From Anaerohalosphaeraceae bacterium (lineage in GTDB: Bacteria; Planctomycetota; Phycisphaerae; Sedimentisphaerales; Anaerohalosphaeraceae), in NCBI GenBank assembly GCA_050309605.1, contig JBNRMN010000033.1:96001-160000 (forward strand): a stretch of DNA of 64,000 nt. The letters run 5' to 3'. Below, piece by piece: positions 56,683-64,000 of this stretch. The stretch's first letter is position 1; each line of letters opens with the position of its first letter. Position numbers and translations under genes: made by a program. The notes below the pieces were generated by a model that worked only from the letters and a program-made list of their open reading frames with translations, did not search any database and had not been told where the DNA came from.

Positions 56683-58920
56683 ATGAAACACGTGAGTTAT
56701 GTTGTCTGTTTGCTGGTCTTTCTGGGCAGTCTCTGTTCGGCGCAATGGAAACCGGTGGAAGGAAAAATTATGACCCGCTGGGCCGCGGAGGTTTCACCCG
56801 ATAACGCGCTGACGGACTATCCGCGTCCGATGATGGTGCGGCCGGACTGGTTGAATCTGAACGGTCTGTGGGATTATGCGATTCGTCCGCGCACCGAGAC
56901 CGTTCCGCAGGGTTTTGACGGACACATACTCGTGCCGTATCCGGTTGAATCGGCGTTGTCCGGCGTGGGCAAAACCGTCGGCGCGGCCAACCGGCTTTGG
57001 TATCGCCGCACCGTTCAGATTCCGGCTGATTGGGGCGATCAACGCGTCATCCTGCATTTCGGTGCGGTGGACTGGGATACCGACGTCTGGGTCAATGGCC
57101 AGTACATCGGCAACCACAAGGGCGGCTATGATCCGTTCAGTTTCGATATTACCGGCGCTCTGAAAGGCGCCGGTACACAGGAAATCATTGTCTCAGCCTG
57201 GGATCCGACCGACGGCGGGTTTCAGCCGCGCGGCAAGCAAATCAACAACCCGCACGGCATCTGGTACACGCCGGTAACGGGCATCTGGCAGACGGTCTGG
57301 CTGGAGCCGGTTCCGCAGGCCTCGATTGCCGATCTGAAGCTGACGCCGGATGTGGACAACAATCGCATCAAAATCGAAGTGGCCACACGCGGCGACAGAG
57401 GCGGCCTGACACTCTCGGCGATGGCGTCGGGAGCGGGATTTTCCGGCGCGGCGTCCTCAACGGATCAGGCCATGAGTCTGGTCGTGGCTAACCCGCGACT
57501 ATGGTCGCCGGACGATCCGTTCTTGTATGATCTGACCGTTCAGCTTAAAGACGGCGCAACAGTGGTCGATGAGGTCAAAAGCTACTTCGGAATGCGCAAG
57601 ATCGAAGTTAAAAAGGACGACAAAGGCATCAACCGACTGTTTTTGAACAATGAACCGCTGTTCCATTACGGCCTGCTGGATCAGGGGTGGTGGCCGGACG
57701 GACTTTATACTGCACCGACCGATGAGGCGCTGCGGTATGATGTGGAAGTGACCAAACAACTCGGCTTCAATATGCTTCGCAAGCACGTCAAGGTCGAACC
57801 CCAGCGGCTGTACTACTGGTGCGACAAGCTCGGCGTGCTGGTCTGGCAGGATATGCCCAACGGCGACGGCCACATCCACGGCGATATGCCTGACCTGAGG
57901 CGCAATCCGCATTCGGCGACCCAGTATGAACGGGAATATCAGGCGATGATCGAGGCGTTTTACAACCATCCGAGTATCGTGATGTGGGTGCCGTTCAATG
58001 AAGGCTGGGGTCAGTTCGACACCGCCCGAATCACTGCCTGGACCAAAGCACTTGATCCCACACGCCTGGTCAACAGTGCCAGCGGCTGGACCGATCGCGG
58101 CGTGGGCGATGTACACGACATTCACGCCTACCCCGGCCCGGCCGTGCCGCCGGTGGAAGACAACCGCGCCGTGGTGCTGGGTGAATTCGGCGGGCTGGGA
58201 CTGCCGCTCAAAGGGCATACCTGGCAGGATGAAAGAAACTGGGGTTATCGCAGCTATACCACGGTTGAGGATTTGAATAAGGCGTATGTCAATCTGATCC
58301 ATCGTCTGCGGCTGCTGATCGGCGACGGGCTGGCCGCGGCGGTCTATACCCAGACCACCGATGTCGAAGTTGAGGTCAACGGGATTTTGACGTATGACCG
58401 GGCGGTGATTAAGATGGATGCCGATACGATTGTTCCGCTGCACAAGAAATTGTATCAAAAACCGCCGACCGTCAAGGTACTTGTCCCCAACGCGCGTCAG
58501 GGCCGGTATGACTGGAAGTACACCACCGACCGGCCGGGACGCAACTGGTTTGCCCCGACGTTTGACGACAGCGGCTGGAAGACCGGCCCCGGCGGTTTCG
58601 GCACGGCGGGCACGCCGGGTATCATTCTCGGCACGGTCTGGAATACCGACGCCATCTGGCTGCGCCGCACGGTGCGAATCGAACAGACGGATTTGGACGA
58701 GGTCATGCTGTCCATCCTTCACGACGAGGATGCGGTGGTCTATATCAACGGCGTCAAGGCCGCCGAGACCAGCGGATACATCGGCAGTTATGCCATCATT
58801 CCGATATCGGAAGAGGCTCGCAAGGCAATCCGACAAGGCGATAATCTCATCGCCGTTTCCTGCCGCAACACCACCGGCGGCCAGTCCATCGATGTCGGCC
58901 TGGTCGAATTGGCCGACTGA
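56683..58920 (+). CDS. Exported GH2-family glycoside hydrolase with a C-terminal beta-sandwich
   Basis: YPRP.MVR..W.NLNGLWDY, HFGAVDW, GIWQTVWLE, LDQGWWPDG, FNMLRKH.K, WVPFNEGWGQ, GEFGG, YTQTTDVE.E.NG. Confidence 0.92.
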   Translation: MKHVSYVVCLLVFLGSLCSAQWKPVEGKIMTRWAAEVSPDNALTDYPRPMMVRPDWLNLNGLWDYAIRPRTETVPQGFDGHILVPYPVESALSGVGKTVGAANRLWYRRTVQIPADWGDQRVILHFGAVDWDTDVWVNGQYIGNHKGGYDPFSFDITGALKGAGTQEIIVSAWDPTDGGFQPRGKQINNPHGIWYTPVTGIWQTVWLEPVPQASIADLKLTPDVDNNRIKIEVATRGDRGGLTLSAMASGAGFSGAASSTDQAMSLVVANPRLWSPDDPFLYDLTVQLKDGATVVDEVKSYFGMRKIEVKKDDKGINRLFLNNEPLFHYGLLDQGWWPDGLYTAPTDEALRYDVEVTKQLGFNMLRKHVKVEPQRLYYWCDKLGVLVWQDMPNGDGHIHGDMPDLRRNPHSATQYEREYQAMIEAFYNHPSIVMWVPFNEGWGQFDTARITAWTKALDPTRLVNSASGWTDRGVGDVHDIHAYPGPAVPPVEDNRAVVLGEFGGLGLPLKGHTWQDERNWGYRSYTTVEDLNKAYVNLIHRLRLLIGDGLAAAVYTQTTDVEVEVNGILTYDRAVIKMDADTIVPLHKKLYQKPPTVKVLVPNARQGRYDWKYTTDRPGRNWFAPTFDDSGWKTGPGGFGTAGTPGIILGTVWNTDAIWLRRTVRIEQTDLDEVMLSILHDEDAVVYINGVKAAETSGYIGSYAIIPISEEARKAIRQGDNLIAVSCRNTTGGQSIDVGLVELAD

Positions 58921-58947
58921 TTACCATCTTATCATTCAACCTGTCCC

Positions 58948-58980
58948 AAGCCCCTGCGACGCGCTCGCAGGGGCTTTTTT
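58948..58980 (+). terminator. Intrinsic terminator
   Basis: AAGCCCCTGCGA-cgcgc-TCGCAGGGGCTT followed by TTTT. Confidence 0.85.
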
Positions 58981-58998
58981 ATCGACAGGCGGAAAATG

Positions 58999-59808
58999 TT
59001 ACGTGCTCTCAAGCAGCTTGAGAATGATGTGTTCGTCGAGAAGGTTCAAATCCTGTTGCCGCGCAAGGAAGGGACGTACATCATCGGCGATCTTTTTCCA
59101 GTCTAACTGCTGCACGCGCGAGACGAGATACCGTCGCCAGTTTTTCGGCGTCATTGCCGGTTCTTGCCAGCCGGTCTGGCGCAGGGCGTTATTTAATAAT
59201 GTGATGTTTGGTTCCGGCCAGGTACGATCGGAAAGATACCACACCAGATCGTACACATCACGGCCTTTGACATAATCGCGGGCCAGCAGTGCATGGAGTT
59301 TTCCGGCCAGCAAGGAGGGCTTGTCATAGTGCAGCAGATTAAGCAGTATATGGCGCCGGATTACGCCGGTTTCCACATTCGCCCCGGCCGGCGGATTCGT
59401 GTCCATTTCCACTTTAATAGAAATGGTTTCTGCTCGATGTGGTGACAAACCGAGTTCAAACAGCAGGCCTACAAATTTGATGAAAGCGTGCTGAACAGTT
59501 TTTTCGGTTTTTGCCTTGATCGAAACAGCATAAGCTTCTCGTTCAAAGACCGACTTTGCCTTTTTCAAATACTGTTCAAATCGAATATCGGCTCCCGGTC
59601 GAATCAATGAAAAATCAAGGTCTTCGGAAAATCGAGGCATGGCGTATAAGAATCGCAGTGCTGTGCCCCCCACAAAAGCCCACGTCTCAAAGGCCCCGGT
59701 GTCTTGCAGACATTCGAGCAGCCGGGCCTGGAGATACTCCCGCACCATACAGCGGGCCAGATTGTTATTGTCGATTGCTGCGATTTGCTGTCTGAGATAA
59801 TCAATCAT
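58999..59808 (-). CDS. AbiEii/AbiGii nucleotidyltransferase toxin (type IV TA)
   Basis: REYLQ, F.GGTALR..Y..PRFSEDLDF, K.E.D..PP, K..ALL.R...KGRD.YD. Confidence 0.9.
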   Translation of the reverse strand: MIDYLRQQIAAIDNNNLARCMVREYLQARLLECLQDTGAFETWAFVGGTALRFLYAMPRFSEDLDFSLIRPGADIRFEQYLKKAKSVFEREAYAVSIKAKTEKTVQHAFIKFVGLLFELGLSPHRAETISIKVEMDTNPPAGANVETGVIRRHILLNLLHYDKPSLLAGKLHALLARDYVKGRDVYDLVWYLSDRTWPEPNITLLNNALRQTGWQEPAMTPKNWRRYLVSRVQQLDWKKIADDVRPFLARQQDLNLLDEHIILKLLEST

Positions 59809-60437
59809 AACCGCGTCCCTTCGTCCCGTTCGATTCGCTTAATCATCAATGCCGCGGCGCGTTTGAGTTTGGGACTATGGGATTTTTGCGCAAGATTATT
59901 CAGCGTCCGTGGATTGATCCGCTCGGTATCCTGCAATCGCAATTCCTTCAGCCACGCTTCACTGTCGGACCCCGGCGTCAGATAAAGCAAATCAAGCAGG
60001 GCTTTTTCCGGCTTGGCGATGAAGGCTTGGCAGCCCGGTGCTGTCTCAGTTTGGTCATAACCGAAGAACAGAGTTTGCTTTAGATGCCGAAATTCAAAAC
60101 GTCCCAATGGTGTTTGAATGATACGCGGCCGACCGGTGGTCACGCTCAACACCGTCGGCACGTATTCCGGAATCAGCCCATAGTATGCCAGAGCCGATTG
60201 AAGACTGACATAAGAAGGAGATTGGATTTGATTGGAGATAAAATAGACATCTATTTTACATTTTCGATACGGTTCTGCCAGGATGTACAGTCCCTTGCAG
60301 ATTCGAATGACTCGGCCGTCTTTTACCCAGCGAGCCAGTTGAAGACTGACTTGCTCTTTTTTTTGGCCGGCTGTTAAAAAGCCGGTGGTAAAACACGGAA
60401 TATCCGCGGCGATTTTGACCAATTTATCAAATTTCAT
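59805..60437 (-). CDS. AbiEi-type antitoxin / transcriptional regulator
   Basis: L.RW.K.G.VIR..KGLY, PSYVSL.SAL.YYGLIPE, A.PEKALLD.LY; ATGA overlap with the toxin gene. Confidence 0.88.
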   Translation of the reverse strand: MKFDKLVKIAADIPCFTTGFLTAGQKKEQVSLQLARWVKDGRVIRICKGLYILAEPYRKCKIDVYFISNQIQSPSYVSLQSALAYYGLIPEYVPTVLSVTTGRPRIIQTPLGRFEFRHLKQTLFFGYDQTETAPGCQAFIAKPEKALLDLLYLTPGSDSEAWLKELRLQDTERINPRTLNNLAQKSHSPKLKRAAALMIKRIERDEGTRL

Positions 60438-60476
60438 TGCATTATTATATCCTATTTGATATTTATCTGCAATGAA
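60433..60476 (-). promoter_or_regulatory. AbiE promoter (leaderless) overlapped by an inverted repeat
   Basis: TTGCAG-17 nt-TATAAT-6 nt-ATG on the minus strand; inverted repeat TTCATTGCA...ATATC / GATAT...TGCAATGAA. Confidence 0.65.
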
Positions 60477-60500
60477 TATCGTCAGAAGATGGGGTTTTCT

Positions 60501-61175
60501 TTAATTCCCTTTCTTCAGTGCCGTGACCTGCCTGTGGGCCAGGCGGGTTGGTTCGGGCAGGCGATAGCGGGTGGTCAGGCGGAGCGTCCATTCGATGGCG
60601 TCTTGAAGTGTGCATAGGTGGCCGCAGGAGACAAAGAGCGGTTTGACGCCGGTGCGGGTGCGAACGACGGCCCCGATGATGTCGGTGCCGTCGAGCAACG
60701 GGGTATGGCTGCCTTTTTCCTGTTTCGGCGGGTCGTATGTGCCGATGAGCCGGCTCTTGGCGCAGCCAATGGTCGGACGGTCCAGAAACAGCCCCAGATG
60801 CGCCGCCAGGCCGAGCCGCCGCGGATGGGCGATGCCCTGGCCGTCGATCAGGAACAGATCGGGGGTCGTTTGGAGTTTTTCTACCGCCGTCAGACAGGCC
60901 GGTGCCTCGCGAAAGCTCAGCAGGCCGGGGATGTAGGGAAATGTCAGATCAGCCCCGGCCGAGGCGGTTTCAATCACGTCCAATTCCGGAAACGAGAGTA
61001 CCACCACCGCTGCCAGCGCCTTGCCGTTGGGTTTGTCAAAGGCGCAGTCCAACCCGGCCGCCGTGCGAACGGCCGTGCGAAGCGGATGCCGCCGAACGCG
61101 CTCAGCCAGCCGCATCTGAAGCCGCCGCGCGTCGGCATACGTCAAACCCCATGAATGTAAGTCCTTTATTTCCAT
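60501..61175 (-). CDS. nfi: Endonuclease V (deoxyinosine 3'-endonuclease)
   Basis: AGLD, FPYIPGLLSFRE, DGQGIAHPRRLGLAAH.G, TIGCAKS.L, VS.GH, RLPEPTR.AH. Confidence 0.96.
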   Translation of the reverse strand: MEIKDLHSWGLTYADARRLQMRLAERVRRHPLRTAVRTAAGLDCAFDKPNGKALAAVVVLSFPELDVIETASAGADLTFPYIPGLLSFREAPACLTAVEKLQTTPDLFLIDGQGIAHPRRLGLAAHLGLFLDRPTIGCAKSRLIGTYDPPKQEKGSHTPLLDGTDIIGAVVRTRTGVKPLFVSCGHLCTLQDAIEWTLRLTTRYRLPEPTRLAHRQVTALKKGN

Positions 61176-61243
61176 GACGTTAAGAGCCACTTAGCCGCGG
61201 CGCAGCGCACGTTGTCTGACGCGGTGTTTGACCTGTCGCGGCG

Positions 61244-61315
61244 TTATCCGGTCGCTTGCGCGACTCGGCTGTTGGGTCGTTGTATTATCCGGTCGCTTGC
61301 GCGACTGGGCTATTG
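61244..61315. repeat. Two tandem 31-bp REP-like palindromic units
   Basis: TTATCCGGTCGCTTGCGCGACTCGGCTGTTG (61244-61274) and TTATCCGGTCGCTTGCGCGACTGGGCTATTG (61285-61315); core hairpin GTCGC-TTGC-GCGAC. Confidence 0.8.
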
Positions 61316-61341
61316 TAATGTCCCGCAGGGTATGCTACAAT
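61313..61341 (+). promoter_or_regulatory. Sigma70-type promoter for uvrA
   Basis: TTGTAA-17 nt-TACAAT with extended TG. Confidence 0.55.
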
Positions 61342-61411
61342 GATCGGTTTGCGGAATTGTTGAAAATCCGGGCAGGTTTATCCGGCAGTTAAATACGGAG
61401 ACAAAGCAGAC

Positions 61412-64000
61412 GTGAGTGAGCCGAAAGTCATTCGCATTACCGGTGCGGCTGAGCATAATCTCAAGGCGATTGATGTCCAAGTCCCGCGCGATCAAATGGT
61501 CGTCATTACCGGTATCAGCGGCTCAGGCAAGAGCAGCCTGGCCTTTGATACGATCTATGCCGAGGGACAACGCAAATACGTCGAGTCGCTCAGCGCCTAT
61601 GCCCGCCAGTTTCTGGAGCAGATGCAAAAACCGCAACTTGAGCATATCGAAGGCCTGCCGCCGACGATTGCCATCGAGCAGCGCAGCGCCTCGAGCAATC
61701 CGCGCTCGACCGTGGCAACGACCACCGAAATTTACGACTATTGCCGATTGCTGTTTGCCCGCGCCGGCACGCCGCACTGCTGGATCTGCGGGCGCGAGAT
61801 TACCAGCCAGCACACCACCCAGATCGTCAACGCCGTTATGGCGCATCCGGAAGAGACTCGACTGCAAATCTGTGCGCCGCTGATTCGCGGCCAGAAGGGC
61901 GAGCATCGCGACATCTTCGTGCGAATTCAGCGCGAAGGGTTTGTCCGCGTCCGCATTGACGGCGTGGTGTATGACATTAAAAATATCCCCAAACTGGACA
62001 AAAACAAAAAGCATGAGATCGCCGCTGTGGTGGATCGTCTGATTATCAAAGACAGCGTGCGCGTGCGTCTGGCCGACTCGATTGAAACGGCCCTGAAGAT
62101 CGGCGACGGGGTGGTCATCCTGATGCTTCAGGAACCTGATGACAACAAAAACAACGGCAGCAACGGCCATTGGCAGGATGTGCTCTTCAGCGAAAAATAT
62201 GCCTGTCCCGATCATCCGGAGGCGTCGCTGGCTGAACTGAGTCCGCGGCTGTTCAGCTTTAACAGCCCCTACGGGGCGTGTCCGGCCTGCGACGGACTGG
62301 GGACTATTTTGGAGTTTGACCCCGATTTGATTGTACCGGACAAGAGCATCTCGCTTGAAAACGGCGCCGTCGAGGCGTGGCGCAAAGGCGGCAAACGAAT
62401 GAATATCTATTACAATCGCCTCATCAAGCGGTTCTGCCGCAGTTTCGGTGTCAGCAAAAGCGGCCCCTACAGCGAACTGCCGGCGGCCATTCGCAAGATT
62501 CTGCTGTACGGTACGACCGATGAAGAGCAAGATACTTACGGCGCGTCGTTTGAAGGGGTCATTCCCAATCTCAAACGGCGCTGGGAGACCACCACCAGCG
62601 AATATGTCAAGGCGCGCCTGCATGGGTATCTGTCCGAGCAGCCGTGCAAAAGCTGCGGCGGCGCGCGGCTGCGTCCGGAAGCGATTGCCGTAACCGTCGG
62701 CGGAAAAAGCATCTGCGATGTGGTCACGATGAGCATTGAAGAAGCCGAACAGTTTTTCGATGCGCTGAAACTGGACGAAGAACAAACCCTGATCGCCGCC
62801 CAGCCGCTCAAAGAAATCCGCGCCCGCCTGAAATTTCTGATCGACGTGGGGCTGGGCTATCTGACGCTGGATCGGACCAGCCGCACGCTGTCCGGCGGTG
62901 AGGCCCAGCGCATTCGTCTGGCGACTCAGGTTGGCAGCGGACTGGTCGGCTGCTGCTATGTGCTGGACGAGCCGACGATCGGCCTGCACCGTCGTGATAA
63001 CACACGCCTGCTGAACCTGCTTCGCAAGCTGTGCGACATCGGCAATACCGTAATTGTGGTCGAGCACGACGACGATGTCATTCGCGCGGCCGACTATCTC
63101 ATCGACATCGGCCCGGCGGCGGGCAAACACGGCGGCGAGGTGGTCGCTGCCGGTTCTCTGGACGATATCTGCCGCCAGCCGCGGTCGCTGACGGGACAGT
63201 ATATCAGCGGCGCCAAACGCATTGAGATGCCCGAACGCCGCCGCAAGGTCGTGATGAGCAACAGCATCGAAATCCGCGGCGCCCGGGAGAACAATCTAAA
63301 AAATATCAACGTCAAATTTCCGCTGGGCGTTCTGACCTGTGTCACGGGCGTGTCCGGTTCGGGCAAGAGCACGCTGGTCACCGAAATTCTGCTCAAGGGA
63401 TTGATGCGCCGTCTGTACGGCTCGCGCGAAAAGCCCGGCCAACACAAAAACATCCTCGGCCTGAGCCGTATTGACAAGGTCATTCAGATCGATCAATCGC
63501 CCATTGGCCGTACCCCGCGCAGCAACCCGGCCACTTATACCGGCGTCTTTGACCAGATTCGGGCGTTGTTTGCGATGACCCGCGAGGCCAAGATTCGCGG
63601 CTATAAACCCGGGCGATTCAGCTTCAACGTGAAAGGCGGCCGCTGTGAATACTGTCAGGGGCAGGGCACCAAAAAGATCGAGATGCATTTTCTGCCCGAT
63701 GTGTTTGTGGTTTGTCAGGAGTGCAAGGGCAGCCGCTATAATCCCGAAACGCTGCAAATCACCTATAAGGGCAAGAACATCGCCGATGTGCTGGATATGC
63801 GCATCGAAGAGGCCAGGACGTTCTTTGGCAACTTTCCTAAGATTGTCCGGCTCATCAAGGCGCTAAACGATGTGGGGCTGGGGTATATGACGCTGGGCCA
63901 ATCCAGCACGACGCTGTCCGGCGGCGAAGCCCAGCGGGTCAAGCTGGCCTCGGAACTGGGCAAACCCGGCACCGGCCATACCCTGTACGTGCTGGATGAA
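61412..64000 (+). CDS. uvrA: Excinuclease ABC subunit A; 3' end runs off the window
   Basis: Hand translation from GTG 61412: ..IRITGAAEHNLK..TGISGSGKSSLAFDTIYAEGQRKYVESLSAYARQFL, FSFNSPYGACP.C, TLSGGEAQRIRLA, GVSGSGKST, TPRSNPATY, TLSGGEAQRVKLA. Confidence 0.97.
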   Translation, partial: MSEPKVIRITGAAEHNLKAIDVQVPRDQMVVITGISGSGKSSLAFDTIYAEGQRKYVESLSAYARQFLEQMQKPQLEHIEGLPPTIAIEQRSASSNPRSTVATTTEIYDYCRLLFARAGTPHCWICGREITSQHTTQIVNAVMAHPEETRLQICAPLIRGQKGEHRDIFVRIQREGFVRVRIDGVVYDIKNIPKLDKNKKHEIAAVVDRLIIKDSVRVRLADSIETALKIGDGVVILMLQEPDDNKNNGSNGHWQDVLFSEKYACPDHPEASLAELSPRLFSFNSPYGACPACDGLGTILEFDPDLIVPDKSISLENGAVEAWRKGGKRMNIYYNRLIKRFCRSFGVSKSGPYSELPAAIRKILLYGTTDEEQDTYGASFEGVIPNLKRRWETTTSEYVKARLHGYLSEQPCKSCGGARLRPEAIAVTVGGKSICDVVTMSIEEAEQFFDALKLDEEQTLIAAQPLKEIRARLKFLIDVGLGYLTLDRTSRTLSGGEAQRIRLATQVGSGLVGCCYVLDEPTIGLHRRDNTRLLNLLRKLCDIGNTVIVVEHDDDVIRAADYLIDIGPAAGKHGGEVVAAGSLDDICRQPRSLTGQYISGAKRIEMPERRRKVVMSNSIEIRGARENNLKNINVKFPLGVLTCVTGVSGSGKSTLVTEILLKGLMRRLYGSREKPGQHKNILGLSRIDKVIQIDQSPIGRTPRSNPATYTGVFDQIRALFAMTREAKIRGYKPGRFSFNVKGGRCEYCQGQGTKKIEMHFLPDVFVVCQECKGSRYNPETLQITYKGKNIADVLDMRIEEARTFFGNFPKIVRLIKALNDVGLGYMTLGQSSTTLSGGEAQRVKLASELGKPGTGHTLYVLDE

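Noticed and set aside
61244..61315. CRISPR array
   Set aside because: Only two units with a 10-nt spacer, and no cas genes.

Overview
A bacterial chromosomal window, mostly GC-rich. The gene content (ECF sigma/FecR pairs, PEP-CTERM, dockerin-like tags ending in WL, HEAT-DUF1080 proteins) suggests Planctomycetota, probably Phycisphaerae/Sedimentisphaerales-like; this is an inference. The housekeeping backbone is argD (partial), argB, tRNA-Thr(TGT), birA, nadC, uvrB, greA, ispD, a pilT-like gene, lemA-htpX, ilvB-ilvN...ilvC, nfi and uvrA (partial). Five accessory blocks interrupt it: (1) a XylR-regulated oxidoreductase/TIM-barrel/DUF1080 sugar operon; (2) two paralogous ECF sigma/anti-sigma loci followed by secreted carbohydrate-related proteins, the second lying between birA and nadC with an IS remnant and an 18-bp repeat at its edges; (3) a four-helix-bundle pseudogene between lemA and htpX, bracketed by inverted 7-bp tandem arrays; (4) an AT-rich insert between ilvN and ilvC with a long RNA-like hairpin, a secreted dockerin-tagged caspase/CHAT-fold protein and paralogous lipoproteins; (5) an AbiE toxin-antitoxin pair. 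The most novel-looking signals are a family of short-period inverted tandem arrays at gene junctions (one gene-loaded, four empty), the protease-plus-lipoprotein island, strong Asp-Pro-Asn enrichment in a subset of exported proteins, and one CBM-like domain shared by three adjacent, differently anchored proteins. No CRISPR array or rRNA was seen. All family assignments come from recognising motifs by eye; no searches were run.
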